Below are positions 1 through 12,718 of a stretch of DNA of 64,000 bases, one piece after another. Below the pieces are notes generated by a model, which searched no databases, was not told the DNA's origin, and was given only the letters and a program-made list of their open reading frames with translations. Within the stretch, counting starts at the first letter, position 1. Every line of letters starts with the position of its first letter. This DNA is from Myxococcota bacterium (GTDB lineage: Bacteria; Myxococcota_A; UBA796; CAJQPC01), in contig JAZAMN010000052.1 of the NCBI GenBank assembly GCA_036229005.1, forward strand, positions 320,001 through 384,000. The letters run 5' to 3'. The translations under genes and the position numbers were made by a program.

Positions 1-1
1 G

Positions 2-142
2 GTCCGTCTCGGCAAGGTCATCGAGCTCTCCCTGGAGGAGCGCCCCGACGCCGCCGAGCGCCTCGAGGCCATGTGCCAGAAGCTGCTCGCCAACACCGTC
101 ATCGAGTCCTACCGCATCGAGTGGCCCGAGAAGGAGGGCTGA
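2..142 (+). CDS. purS: Phosphoribosylformylglycinamidine synthase subunit PurS (3' part, truncated by window edge)
   Basis: Frame from nt 2 reads VRLGKVIELSL...AMCQKLLANTVIESYRIE, the PurS C-terminal signature; stop at 140-142 directly before purQ. Confidence 0.93.
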   Translation, partial: VRLGKVIELSLEERPDAAERLEAMCQKLLANTVIESYRIEWPEKEG

Positions 143-143
143 C

Positions 144-847
144 ATGGCCTTCGACGTCGCCGTGGTGACCTTCCCCGGCTCAAACTGTGACGCGGACCTG
201 CGCTGGGCGGTGGACAACACCGCCGGCCTCTCCGCCCGCGCCGTCTGGCACAAGTCCCCGGACCTGGACAACGGCGGCAAGCGCCCCGACGCCGTCCTGC
301 TCCCCGGCGGCTTCTCCTACGGTGACTACCTGCGCTGCGGCGCCATCGCGCGCTTCTCGCCCGTGATGAAGGCGGTCGTCGAGTTCGCCAACGCCGGCGG
401 CCCTGTGCTGGGCATCTGCAACGGCTTCCAGGTCCTGACCGAGGCTGGCCTGCTCCCCGGAGCGCTGCTCTCGAACCGCGACCAGAAGTTCATCTGCGAG
501 ATGGTGACCCTGGGGAAGGAGGGGAGGGATACGCCCTTCACCGCTGGGATCCCCACCACCTTGCGCATCCCGATCGCCCACCACGACGGCAACTACTTCG
601 CAGACGAGGACACCCTGGCCCGCATCGAGGGCGAAGGTCAGGTCCTCTTCCGCTACCTGAGCGAGAGCGGGGAGCGGGTCGCTGGCGCGGCCCCCAACGG
701 CGCCCTCCATGACATCGCCGGCATCTGCAACGCCGCCGGCAACGTCGTCGGCATGATGCCGCACCCTGAGCGTGCCTCCGACGCTGCCCTGGGCAGCAGC
801 GACGGCGCGTCCCTCTTTGGCGCACTGCAGAGCTTCCTGGAGAACCA

Positions 848-851
<4 letters not shown>
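144..851 (+). CDS. purQ: FGAM synthase glutaminase subunit PurQ
   Basis: [39 protein letters not shown] and GMMPHPER motifs. Confidence 0.97.
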
Positions 852-3060
<2,209 letters not shown>

Positions 3061-3064
<4 letters not shown>

Positions 3065-4512
3065 GCCGGCTGCACCCGGGTGGCCTGGACCCCAAGCTCC
3101 GCGAGGAGTGCGGAGTCGTGGGGATCTACGGCCATGAGGAGGCTGCCAATCTGGCCTACCTGGGGCTGCACGCGCTGCAGCACCGCGGCCAGGAGGGCGC
3201 TGGCATCGTGGCCTGTGACGGGGAGCGCATGCGCGCCTTCCGGGGCCTGGGGCTGGTCGGTGAGCTCTTCGGCCCCGAGGAGCTCGACAAGCTCTCCGGG
3301 CACTCCGCCATCGGGCACGTGCGCTACTCCACCTCGGGCGAGAGCAACCTGCGCAACGTCCAGCCCTTCGTGGTGCGCTACGGCGGCGGCCAGGTCTCCA
3401 TCGCGCACAACGGCAACCTGACCAACGCCGCCCGCCTGCGGGAGGAGCTGGAGGGCCGCGGGAGCATCTTCGCGAGCTCCTCCGACACCGAGGTCATCCT
3501 CCATCTGCTCGCGACCTCGGGGCAGGGGACCTTCATCAACCGCCTCGTGGATGCCCTGCTGCAGGTCGAGGGTGCCTACTCCCTGGTGCTCCAGACCGAG
3601 GACATGCTGGTCGCCGTCCGGGATCCCCACGGCTTCCGGCCTCTGGTCATGGGCAGGGTGGGGGACGCGGTCGTGTTCGCGTCCGAGACCACCGCGCTTG
3701 ACCTCATCGGCGGCACCTATGAGCGGGAGGTCGAGCCCGGCGAGATGTGCATCGTTGAGGCTGGGGGCCGAGTGACCACCCTCTCGCCCTTCCCTCGGCG
3801 GGAGCGCAAGGCCTGCGTGTTCGAGCACATCTACTTCGCGCGGCCCAACTCCAAGGTCTTTGGCCTGCCGGTGTACGACTCCCGCTTCTCCTTTGGCCGG
3901 GCGCTGGCCCGCGCCCACAAGGTCGAGGCGGACCTGGTCATCCCCGTCCCGGACTCCGGCACGCCCGCCGCGCTGGGCTTCGCGTTCGAGTCCGGGCTGC
4001 CCTTCAAGCAGGGGTTGATCCGCTCGCACTACGTCGGGCGCACCTTCATCGAGCCCAGCCAACAGATCCGTGACTTTGGGGTGAAGCTCAAGCTCTCCCC
4101 GGTCCGCTCGGTCATCGAGGGCAAGCGCCTGGTCGTCGTGGACGACTCCATCGTGCGCGGGACCACGTCCAAGAAGATCGTCCGGGTGCTCCGGGAGAGC
4201 GGCGCCGCCGAGGTTCACCTTCGCATCTCGTCTCCCCCCATCAAGGCGAGCTGCTTCTACGGGGTGGACACCCCCACGCGGGAGGAGCTGATCGCCTACC
4301 GGCTGGATCTTGAGGAGACCTGCGCCTACATCGGCGCCGACTCCTTGGGCTACTTGAGCCTGGAGGACATGCACGCCGAGCTCGGGAGGGCCCCCGACAC
4401 GTGGTGTGATGCTTGCTTCTCCGGGGACTATCCGGTGAGCCCGGATGCGCTGGGCTCCAAGGGCCAGTTGGACCTCTTCGAAGCAGACGGAGAGCGGATT
4501 TCCCAGGACTGA
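3061..4512 (+). CDS. purF: Amidophosphoribosyltransferase (propeptide, Fe-S type)
   Basis: Propeptide then [64 protein letters not shown] overlap with purL. Confidence 0.97.
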
Positions 4513-4555
4513 GGGCGCACCTGATACACTTGTGCGTCTTCTTTGCAGGTGCGCA

Positions 4556-7339
4556 TTGTCCCGTACGATTGGAATCGACCTTGGAACGACGAACACGGCT
4601 GTCGCTGTGTTCGAGCGCGGTCGCCCCAGGGTCATCGAGGATGGCAAGGGCTACAAGGTCTTGCCATCCGTGGTCTACCAGAAGGACGATGGCTCCTTCG
4701 TCGTCGGTCAGGCGGCCAAGTCGCACATCCTGACCTCGCCAGACCGCACGGTCTACGCCGTGAAGCGGCTCATCGGTCGGCGCTTCGAGTCGGGCCAGGC
4801 GCAAGCCGCCCGCCAGCGCATGCCCTATGGCATCGAGGCCTCTCCTGATGGTGGGTGCCTGGTCAAGCTGGGAGACCAGCTCCTCTCCCCGGTGGAGGTC
4901 AGCGCGATCATCCTCCAGGTCGCCCGGAAGATCGCTGAGGAGACCACCGGTGAAGAGGTGACCGACGCGGTCATCACCGTCCCGGCCTACTTCAACCACA
5001 GCCAGCGTCAGGCCACCATGGAGGCCGCGGAGCTGGCGGGTCTGCGCTGCGAGCGCCTGCTCAACGAGCCCACGGCTGCGGCGCTCGCCTATGGCTTCCG
5101 GCAGGACGTCGACAAGAACGTCCTGATCTTCGATCTGGGCGGCGGCACCTTCGACGTCTCCATCCTCCACCTCGCGGACGGGGTCTACGAGGTCCTGGCG
5201 ACCGGCGGCGACACCTTCCTGGGGGGCGAGGACTTCGACGACCGCATCGTGGAGTACCTGGCCGACCGCTTCATGGCGGAGCACCGAATCGACCTCCGGG
5301 GAGACCGCGTGGCCCGTCAGCGCCTCAAGGACGCTGCAGAGCGGGCCAAGTGTGAGCTCTCCTTCACCAGCGAGACCCGGCTGCTCATTCCCAGGATCAC
5401 GCCCCAGCTCAACCTGGAGGACAGCCTCAGCCGCAGCGACCTGGAGGGCCTCACGGAAGACCTGGTCCAGCGCACGCTCGAGGTCGCTCGGTCCGTGCTC
5501 GGGGACTCCGGGCTGGGCCTGTCCGAGATCGATGACATCGTGCTCGTGGGCGGGCAGACCCGCATGCCTCGCATCCGTGAGGCCATCTCCGCCTTCTTCC
5601 GCAAGGAGCCCTCCAAGACGGTGCACCCCGAAGAGGTCGTCGCGCTGGGGGCCTCGGTGCATGCGGAGAGCCTGGACGCGCCCTCCCAGATGCGCACGCT
5701 GCTGATCGACGTCACGCCCTTCGATCTGGGGATCGACGCGGCCGGTGGCTACTTCTCGACCATCATCAACCGGAACACCCGCATCCCCTTCACCGCTTCT
5801 CGGGCCTTCACGACCGCGAACGAGAACCAGAAGAACGCCCGGATCACCGTCCGCCAAGGGGCCAGCAACCGGGCGACCGAGAACGAGCGCCTCGGCGAGT
5901 TCCTGCTGGAGGAGCTCGGCAGCGGCGCCCGCATGGAGCGCAAGGTCGATGTCACCTTCAGGATCGACGCCAACGGGATCCTGCACACCAGCGCGGTGGA
6001 CCGGGCCAGCGGCAAGCGCAAGTCGCTGAGCATCGAGAACTACAGCCAGGCCGCCAAGTCCCCGACCTTCCCGCCCCCCGAGGAGGAGCAGGAGGGGGAC
6101 AAGGAGATCAAGGCCGAGACCGCAGCGACCGGCAAGAAGACCGGCTTGCTGGAGGGCCTGTTCGCCAGCTTTGGGCGCAAGGCCCAGGACGCCAAGCGCA
6201 TGGAGCTTCAGGTCCCCGAGGACGCGCCCATGCCCGAGCGCAGCGCGCCGCTCCCGGAGACCAGCGCCGAGGACAAGGCCCCCATCTCCACCGAGCTCGC
6301 CTACGACGAGCCCACGGACGACCCCATCTCCCTGACCGTGGACGACATGGAGATGCTCCCCGAGCAGGCCATGGAGGAGGTCGAGGACGTCGAGGCGATG
6401 CTGGAGATGCTGCCCGAGGACAGTGAGCTCGGCGGCTTCCAGATGCCCGTGATCCAGCTCGGTGAGGCGCCCCCCTTCCTGGACGATGACGAGGACGTCG
6501 AGGACCCCGTGACCGAGCGTCCCCGCATCGACCTGCCTGGCGGGCTGGACACCGATCTCGCAGCCCTGGAGGGCCTGGACCCCTTCGAAGAGGCCGACAG
6601 CTACCCGGCCTCGGAGCCGCTGCCCGAGATCCCGGATCTGCCCTTGCCCGAGATCACCTCGCCGCCGCCCAACAGCGCTGGGGAGTTGGACCTGGAGGAC
6701 ATCTTCGCGGGGTTGGACGACGATCTGCTGGACGACGAGATCCTCGATGAGCCTCCCGCAGAGGGCAGCCTGCGTCCCAAGTTGAGCCCCGCCGCGGATG
6801 ATCTGGAGCTGTCGGGCTCCCGAACCACCGAGCTCGGCGACCTCAGCCTGGACGAGGGACTGGACCTGGACGGAGAGGACGAGCCGCTGCGGCCCGCCAT
6901 CCTGGAGGAGGACCTCTTCGCGGCTGGCGACCTCTTCGGCGCTTTCGCGGGGGACGCCATGGAGGAACAGGCCCCTGAGCCTGCCCCAGTCAGGGAGCCC
7001 GAGCCTGCGCCGCCGGAGCCCAGCAAGGCCCGGAAGCCCGCCCGCCTCAAGATGAACTACCGCAGCGACCGGGCCTTCGTCCGGGAGTACCAGCGGAACA
7101 TGGAGCAGGGCTCCACCTTCATCAAGACCCCCAAGCCCCTCAAGGAGGGCCGCGTCTGCCTCTTCGAGGTGCGCGCCCCCAGCCTGTCTGAGCCGCTCCT
7201 GTTGGATGGCCAGGTGGTCTGGAGCTCCCGCAAGCGTGAGCTTCGAGCCGGCGAAGAGCAGGGCATGACGGTCGAATACCGAATGGACGGGGCCCAGCGA
7301 CGGGCGCTGCAGCAGGCTCTGGACTCAGCAGCCCGTTAG
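4556..7339 (+). CDS. Hsp70/DnaK-family protein fused through a long acidic linker to a C-terminal PilZ-like (TIGR02266-type) domain
   Basis: TTG start after AGGT gives [70 protein letters not shown]-rich region of about 300 aa; terminal [10 protein letters not shown]...FVREY..N....TFIKT..P...G...VVW. Confidence 0.88.
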   Translation: MSRTIGIDLGTTNTAVAVFERGRPRVIEDGKGYKVLPSVVYQKDDGSFVVGQAAKSHILTSPDRTVYAVKRLIGRRFESGQAQAARQRMPYGIEASPDGGCLVKLGDQLLSPVEVSAIILQVARKIAEETTGEEVTDAVITVPAYFNHSQRQATMEAAELAGLRCERLLNEPTAAALAYGFRQDVDKNVLIFDLGGGTFDVSILHLADGVYEVLATGGDTFLGGEDFDDRIVEYLADRFMAEHRIDLRGDRVARQRLKDAAERAKCELSFTSETRLLIPRITPQLNLEDSLSRSDLEGLTEDLVQRTLEVARSVLGDSGLGLSEIDDIVLVGGQTRMPRIREAISAFFRKEPSKTVHPEEVVALGASVHAESLDAPSQMRTLLIDVTPFDLGIDAAGGYFSTIINRNTRIPFTASRAFTTANENQKNARITVRQGASNRATENERLGEFLLEELGSGARMERKVDVTFRIDANGILHTSAVDRASGKRKSLSIENYSQAAKSPTFPPPEEEQEGDKEIKAETAATGKKTGLLEGLFASFGRKAQDAKRMELQVPEDAPMPERSAPLPETSAEDKAPISTELAYDEPTDDPISLTVDDMEMLPEQAMEEVEDVEAMLEMLPEDSELGGFQMPVIQLGEAPPFLDDDEDVEDPVTERPRIDLPGGLDTDLAALEGLDPFEEADSYPASEPLPEIPDLPLPEITSPPPNSAGELDLEDIFAGLDDDLLDDEILDEPPAEGSLRPKLSPAADDLELSGSRTTELGDLSLDEGLDLDGEDEPLRPAILEEDLFAAGDLFGAFAGDAMEEQAPEPAPVREPEPAPPEPSKARKPARLKMNYRSDRAFVREYQRNMEQGSTFIKTPKPLKEGRVCLFEVRAPSLSEPLLLDGQVVWSSRKRELRAGEEQGMTVEYRMDGAQRRALQQALDSAAR

Positions 7340-7361
7340 CGCTGGGGGCGTTCCCGCTCGC

Positions 7362-8195
7362 TCAGGGCTGGATCCGGGCGTCGTGGATGCTCGTCAGGCC
7401 GAGCAGCAGCATCACCAGGCGGTCCACGCCCAGCGCGATGCCGCCGGCCCGAGGGTGGCGCCCAACGGCCTCGTTCAGCCGAGGGTCGATGGGGTGCGGG
7501 CTGCGGCCCTCGGCCTCCCGGGCGTTGCCGCTCTCAAGCTGGCGCGCGCTGAGCTCGGTGGGGTCTAGCAGTTCGGTGAAGGCGTTGGCCAACTCTACGC
7601 CCTGCCAGTAGAGCTCAAAGCGCTCCGCGACATCGCCTCGCAGTGCGGAGAAGGCCGCGTCGCTGGCCGGGTAGTCCATGACCAGGGTGGGGGACTCCAG
7701 GCGCGTCTCCACGTCATTGACCCAGATGCGCAGGCGCTCCATGGGGTCTTCGGGCACTGGCTCGCGGGCGTGCCGCGCCAGGGCCTCAGCGAAGCTCAGG
7801 CGCTCGACCGGGGGCAGCGAGACTCCCACAGCGGCCGCGCAGGCCTGGACCAGGGAGACCGTGTCCTCGGCGATGCCGCGATACCCGCAGCCGATGCGGT
7901 ACCACTCCAGCATGGTGAACTCCATGCTGTGGTGCGGTCCGTGCTCCTCGCCTCGGAAGCAGGGACCCATCCAGTAGATCCGCCCGAGGCCGCTCGCCAG
8001 CGCGCGCTTGAGCGCGAACTCCGGCGAGGTGTGGAGCTGGAGATCCCCCAAAGCGAGGGGCTCCAGCGTGGCCTCCAGGGCGCCGCTTCGGACCGCGACC
8101 GGGACCTGCACTTCCAGGAAGCCCCGGTCGTGCATCCAGTCCCGGATGGCCCGCAGGATGGCGGCGCGTCCCCGGAGGACGGCCGCGTCTGGCAC
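7362..8195 (-). CDS. epmA: EF-P lysine aminoacylase EpmA (GenX/PoxA)
   Basis: LHTSPEFALKR, CFRGEE..HH..EFTMLEWY, ERFELY, ELANAFTEL, GIALGVDRL; no anticodon-binding domain; directly downstream of efp; GTG start inferred. Confidence 0.92.
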   Translation of the reverse strand: MPDAAVLRGRAAILRAIRDWMHDRGFLEVQVPVAVRSGALEATLEPLALGDLQLHTSPEFALKRALASGLGRIYWMGPCFRGEEHGPHHSMEFTMLEWYRIGCGYRGIAEDTVSLVQACAAAVGVSLPPVERLSFAEALARHAREPVPEDPMERLRIWVNDVETRLESPTLVMDYPASDAAFSALRGDVAERFELYWQGVELANAFTELLDPTELSARQLESGNAREAEGRSPHPIDPRLNEAVGRHPRAGGIALGVDRLVMLLLGLTSIHDARIQP

Positions 8196-8206
8196 ACCGA
8201 GTCGGA

Positions 8207-8776
8207 CTAGTTGGCCCGGCTGACGTAGCGACCACCCTCGCGGGTGTCGACCTTGAGGGTCTCGCCCTGCTCGATGAACAGGGGGACCTGGACCACAGCG
8301 CCGTTGCAGATGGTCGCGGGCTTGGTCGCGCCGGTGGCGGTGTTGCCCTTGACGCCGGGCTCGGTGTGGGTCACCTCGGCCTCGACAAAGTTGGGGAGGG
8401 TCAGACCCACGGGGCGCGCGTTGTACATCATCACGGCGACCTCCATGCCGTCGAGCAGCCACTTGGACTCGTAGTCGATGACGTCCTCGGGGATGCCGAC
8501 CTGGTCGTAGGTCTCCATGTTCATGAAGTTGTACATGTCGCCTTCCTGGTACATGTACTGCATGGTCACCTCTTCGCAGTCGGCGACGTCCACCTTCTCG
8601 CCGGAGCGGAAGGTCCGCTCGATGACCGCGCCCGTGATCAGGTTCTTGAGCTTGGTGCGGGTGAACGCGGTGCCCTTGCCCGGCTTCACGAACTGGAAGT
8701 AGACCATCTGATAGGGCTGACCATCGATCAGGATCTTGATGCCGTTCTTGAACTCAGAGGTCGAGTAGGTGGCCAT
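8207..8776 (-). CDS. efp: Elongation factor P
   Basis: FVKPGKGTAFTRTKLKN, TFRSGEK, TEPGVKGNTA, VPLFI, VDTR; PGKG lysine type modified by EpmA. Confidence 0.97.
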   Translation of the reverse strand: MATYSTSEFKNGIKILIDGQPYQMVYFQFVKPGKGTAFTRTKLKNLITGAVIERTFRSGEKVDVADCEEVTMQYMYQEGDMYNFMNMETYDQVGIPEDVIDYESKWLLDGMEVAVMMYNARPVGLTLPNFVEAEVTHTEPGVKGNTATGATKPATICNGAVVQVPLFIEQGETLKVDTREGGRYVSRAN

Positions 8777-8898
8777 GTGCGGAGCGCTCCAGGCTGGTGG
8801 TTTCATTCGGCCTTGGGCCTGTTCCCGGGCGGGGTAACCCATTGGCCCCGGAGATCCCAACGCGCCGCCCACAGTAGAATCCCGCCAAAGGAGCGAGC

Positions 8899-10659
8899 AT
8901 GGCCCAACGGCATGTCACCCTGGATCTGAGCGGCATCGGCGCCTTCCAGTCCACCTGGAAGAGCAGCCTGCAGGCCGGCGCCATTCTGGTCCCCGCGAGC
9001 GCCATCGACGGCGAGCTCGCCCCCGAGTTCAAGGCCGACATCCGGCTCCCCTTTGGCGGCCAGATCGGTCCGCTGCGTTGCCAGACCATCCAGCGGCTCC
9101 CCGACGGCTCCGTGGCCGGGCAGATCCCTGAGCTGAGCGCCCGGGATCGCGAGCGCATGCAGGCCATCATCACCGGCATCCAGGAAGTGCGCGCGTGGCT
9201 GCTGGAGAGCGGCGAGCTGGTGGAGCCGGGAGCAGCGCCCCAGGCCCCCCTCGAACCTGTGCCGGAAGAGGAGGAGGAGGACGAGGATGAGCCCTCCGAG
9301 CACCTGTCCCCACCGCCTGAGGACCCGGAGGACAGCAGCCTGTCCTCGCTTGGGCCCGAAGACGAGGACACCGGTGAGTACATCGAGGACGACGAGGAGG
9401 TGGAGTCAGCAGCCCAGGACACCCCGGCCCCCCACCCACCCCACCACCGCTCCCGTCCGGATGGCTTCGCGCTGCCCCATGGGTGGGCCGCCGGCAAGCC
9501 CACCATGCAGGGGACGCTCTCCGGGAAGGAGCTGCGGGACGGCTTGCTCGACCTGGCGATGACCGGGGCGACGGGCGTGCTCCATGTGCAGACCGAGGGC
9601 GTGGAGCGCCACGGCTTGCTGATCGGAGGCCGGGTGATGGGCTGGAGGCGCAGCCCGCTTGCCCCTGGGGAGACGCTGGGGGGGCTGCTCATCAAGAGTG
9701 GACGCCTGCAGCCTGCGGCGCTGGAGGCGGCGCTAGAGACCGTTCGGGCCCAAGGCAAGCGGCTCGGGAGGGTGCTGATCGATGCCGGCGCCCTGCCCGA
9801 AGCCCAGCTACCTCTGCTGCTGCAGAAGCAGGCGGAGTTCGTCTTGCAGTTGGTGCTTCGGGGCCGAGCGGGGGATTGGCGATTCATCCCGGCGCCGCTG
9901 GACGAGGTCTTTCCGCACCCCGGCGTCAACGTCCTGGACATGCTCTACCGAGCGCTCAACACCCACGCGGGCACCCTCCCGCCTGAGCGCATCCTCGGCG
10001 CAGTCCGCGGCCAGCTCAACCTGCGCTCGGCCATCAACCCCGCCGCCCAGGACCTGGTCGACTCGGTGCAGTGGGGGGCCCTCGAGCGGGGCTTGCTGGA
10101 CGCCATCGCGCAGGACCGGCCGCTGATGCGGAACCTGTTCCGGTCGGTGGACGCCTCCCGCGAGCAGGTCGCCGCCAGCCTCTGGGCCTTGGGCGAGCTC
10201 GGCATCCTCAGCTTTGGTCAGGAGAAGCGCAGCGCCACCGAGCAGGCCCGCTTCCTCAGGCAGCTCGAAGGACCCATCCGCGAGCGCCTGGCCCGTCTGG
10301 ACGCCGCCAACCCCTTTGACTGTCTGGACGTGTCCTGGATCTGCAGCCAAGAGGACGTAGAGGCCTCCCTCCAGCGCTGGCAGGCCCGCTTCGATCCGCA
10401 GCGCTTCACCCAGCTTCCTCCGTCACTTCGGGAGGGGCTGGAGAAGATCCAGGTGGCCCACGACCAGGCCTTCCACCGCATCAACACCCAGGCCAAGCGC
10501 AACGCCGTGAGGCTGGAGCTCTTCGACGAGGACACCCTCAGGGAGGCCGCTGAGCTGCTGGTCAGCAAGGCCCAGGACCTGGAGAGTGCGTCGGAGCGGC
10601 GAGCGGCCTATGCCAAAGCCCTGGATCTGGTGCCGGACCTCCCTGGCGCCCAACCCTGA
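8899..10659 (+). CDS. Multidomain protein: PilZ-like N-terminus, acidic linker, DUF4388/PATAN with MshEN-like motif, degenerate J-like domain
   Basis: GTLS...LLDLAMTGATGVL (DUF4388); TLGGLLIKSG..L..AL / RLGRVLIDAG.L...L...L.KQ (MshEN-like); NPFDCLDV...EDVE......RFDPQRF (J-like, HPD replaced by DPQ). Confidence 0.7.
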   Translation: MAQRHVTLDLSGIGAFQSTWKSSLQAGAILVPASAIDGELAPEFKADIRLPFGGQIGPLRCQTIQRLPDGSVAGQIPELSARDRERMQAIITGIQEVRAWLLESGELVEPGAAPQAPLEPVPEEEEEDEDEPSEHLSPPPEDPEDSSLSSLGPEDEDTGEYIEDDEEVESAAQDTPAPHPPHHRSRPDGFALPHGWAAGKPTMQGTLSGKELRDGLLDLAMTGATGVLHVQTEGVERHGLLIGGRVMGWRRSPLAPGETLGGLLIKSGRLQPAALEAALETVRAQGKRLGRVLIDAGALPEAQLPLLLQKQAEFVLQLVLRGRAGDWRFIPAPLDEVFPHPGVNVLDMLYRALNTHAGTLPPERILGAVRGQLNLRSAINPAAQDLVDSVQWGALERGLLDAIAQDRPLMRNLFRSVDASREQVAASLWALGELGILSFGQEKRSATEQARFLRQLEGPIRERLARLDAANPFDCLDVSWICSQEDVEASLQRWQARFDPQRFTQLPPSLREGLEKIQVAHDQAFHRINTQAKRNAVRLELFDEDTLREAAELLVSKAQDLESASERRAAYAKALDLVPDLPGAQP

Positions 10660-10668
10660 GGACACGTC

Positions 10669-11334
10669 ATGCAAGCCGTCGAGATCGCCGCCATTTCCGA
10701 GGTCGCTCAGGACCACCTGGAGCTTGAGCTGGTGCACCCGCAGGCCGCGGCCTACACGCGCCCGGGCCAGTTCGTGAAGATCGGCCTGGAGGGGCACGAG
10801 AAGCCCGGCTTCTTCGCCATCGCGTCGGCCCCGGGGGCTGAGCGGATGCGCTTTCTGGTCCAGGTCGCCAGCCCCTTGACCGAGGCGCTCGCTGCCTGCG
10901 TCGTCGGTGACAGTGTCCTGGTCTCCGAGCCCATGGGCCGGGGCTTCGCGATGGAGGCGCTGGCCGGACGCACGCCACTGTTCTTTGCCACCGGCTCCGG
11001 CATCTCCGCAATCCGCGCGGTGATCGAGAGTCAGGAGTGGAGCGGTCAGGGAGCGCGCCTCTACTACGGGGCCCGCACCTGGGAGCGCATGCCGTGGACG
11101 GACACCTTTGAGGCCTGGCGGCGCCGCGGCGTCGAGGTCATCCCGGTGCTCTCCCGCGCCGACGAGAGCTGGGATGGCGCCCGGGGGCACATCCAGGCGG
11201 TCTACGCAGAGGACCCTGTAGAGGGCGCTCAGGCAGCCTTGGTGCTGTGCGGACTCAAGGGGATGACCGATGAGGCTACGCAGCTCTTGGTCGCCCAGGG
11301 CATGGACCCCAAGTTCGCGCTGCTGAACTTCTGA
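10669..11334 (+). CDS. Ferredoxin-NADP reductase-like FAD/NAD(P)-binding oxidoreductase
   Basis: RPGQFV, FAIASAP, PMGRGF, FATGSGISAIRA, YYGAR, LCGLKGM, C-terminal NF. Confidence 0.85.
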   Translation: MQAVEIAAISEVAQDHLELELVHPQAAAYTRPGQFVKIGLEGHEKPGFFAIASAPGAERMRFLVQVASPLTEALAACVVGDSVLVSEPMGRGFAMEALAGRTPLFFATGSGISAIRAVIESQEWSGQGARLYYGARTWERMPWTDTFEAWRRRGVEVIPVLSRADESWDGARGHIQAVYAEDPVEGAQAALVLCGLKGMTDEATQLLVAQGMDPKFALLNF

Positions 11335-11350
11335 GGGCCCCCAGAGCAGA

Positions 11351-11383
11351 AGAGGCCCGCCCCCAGCTTGGGGACGGGCCTCT
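11351..11383. terminator. Hairpin between convergent genes (probable intrinsic or bidirectional terminator)
   Basis: AGAGGCCCGCCCCC-AGCTT-GGGGACGGGCCTCT near-perfect stem; weak U tail on the minus strand. Confidence 0.6.
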
Positions 11384-11401
11384 GTCATTCACCAAGGCGA
11401 C

Positions 11402-12715
11402 TCAGTGGTGGTCGCCGTGGTGGTCATCCCGGCTGTGCACGTGGATGTCGTCGGGGTGGGGGAGCATGAAGGGGTCGCTCACCGGCACCGCGGGCACGCT
11501 CTTGAGGTAGGTCATGGCCACCAGGACCAGCAGACCACCGAAGAAGAGGAAGCTGCCGATGTAGGGCAGGACCGGCGGGAAGGTGGACTCCATCCAGACC
11601 GAGGGCACTGCGACGATGAAGCGCTCCAGGAAGATGCCCACGGCGATGATGCCGAGCACCAGGCCCAGGCCCACCGGCATCTTCTTGATGCCGCGGGAGA
11701 GCAGGGTGCCGAAGGGAATCAAGAAGCACATGGCGCCGACGATGGGAGCCAGCTTGCTCCAGGGCTCGAGCTGCATGCGGACCAGCAGGAAGCCGATCTC
11801 CTCGGTCATGTTGCCGTACCAGATGGGCAGCAACTGAGCGAAGAACATGTAGGCCCAAATCATCGAGAAGCCGAACACCAGCTTGCCGAGGTCGTGGTAG
11901 GTCCCAGCGTTGACCATCTTGTCGATGCCCAGGTCCTTGCGGAAGGCCAGGGACAGCAGGCCAATCCAGACCATGCCGGACCAGATGCCCGAGGCGAAGA
12001 ACCAGCCGCCGAACATATTGGCGTACCAGTGGGGCGCCAGGGACATGATGACGTCGAAGGCGTAGAAGGTCAGGGTCAGGGCGTAGACGATGGCGCCGAT
12101 GGGAGCCAGGCGACGCTGGGTGTCCATGCTCTTGGCGACGGCGTCTGCGTGGCTACCCTCAGCGGAGCCAGCGAGGCTCACAACCCAGCCGGGGAGCTCC
12201 ACGCCGGCCTGCTTGCACAGCAGGACGTCGGGACGCAGGCTGTTGCGGATGTAGGCCAGGCCCAGGATGCTCAGCACGGTCAGGGACGCGAAGTTCCGCA
12301 GGATGAAGGGCCACTGCTGCAGCCAGATGTGCTTGTGGCCGCTGACGCTGTCGGGGTGGGTGTGCCACTCGTACAGGTCGATGCCGCCGATGGCGGTCAT
12401 GAAGACCAGGAACACCACCGGGATGACCGGGGTGAACAGCATGATGCCTTCGGCGACCCGCTTGAGGGGGCGGGACCACCGGGCCAGCGTGATGGTCATG
12501 GCCATCGCGAAGGCCATGGAGCCGAAGCTCACGGCGGTGAAGTAGTTCATGCCGACCAGGATGGCGCTGCGCGCTGCCAGGCTGGACTGCGCGAAGCCAG
12601 CGCCGATGAGCACTGCGCCCAGGACGGCGGCGCCGATGGCGCCCATCTGGAAGTTCTTCGGCAGCGCCCGGGGGGCCAGGTGCGGCTTGGGGTCGAAGTT
12701 GGGAACACCGATCAT
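11402..12715 (-). CDS. actF: Alternative complex III subunit ActF (NrfD-like integral membrane protein)
   Basis: Multi-TM; ARWSRPLKRVAE, AFDVIMSL.PHWY, HDLGKLVFGFS..WAY..FAQ..PIWYGN; last gene of act operon. Confidence 0.85.
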   Translation of the reverse strand: MIGVPNFDPKPHLAPRALPKNFQMGAIGAAVLGAVLIGAGFAQSSLAARSAILVGMNYFTAVSFGSMAFAMAMTITLARWSRPLKRVAEGIMLFTPVIPVVFLVFMTAIGGIDLYEWHTHPDSVSGHKHIWLQQWPFILRNFASLTVLSILGLAYIRNSLRPDVLLCKQAGVELPGWVVSLAGSAEGSHADAVAKSMDTQRRLAPIGAIVYALTLTFYAFDVIMSLAPHWYANMFGGWFFASGIWSGMVWIGLLSLAFRKDLGIDKMVNAGTYHDLGKLVFGFSMIWAYMFFAQLLPIWYGNMTEEIGFLLVRMQLEPWSKLAPIVGAMCFLIPFGTLLSRGIKKMPVGLGLVLGIIAVGIFLERFIVAVPSVWMESTFPPVLPYIGSFLFFGGLLVLVAMTYLKSVPAVPVSDPFMLPHPDDIHVHSRDDHHGDHH

Positions 12716-12718
12716 GGC

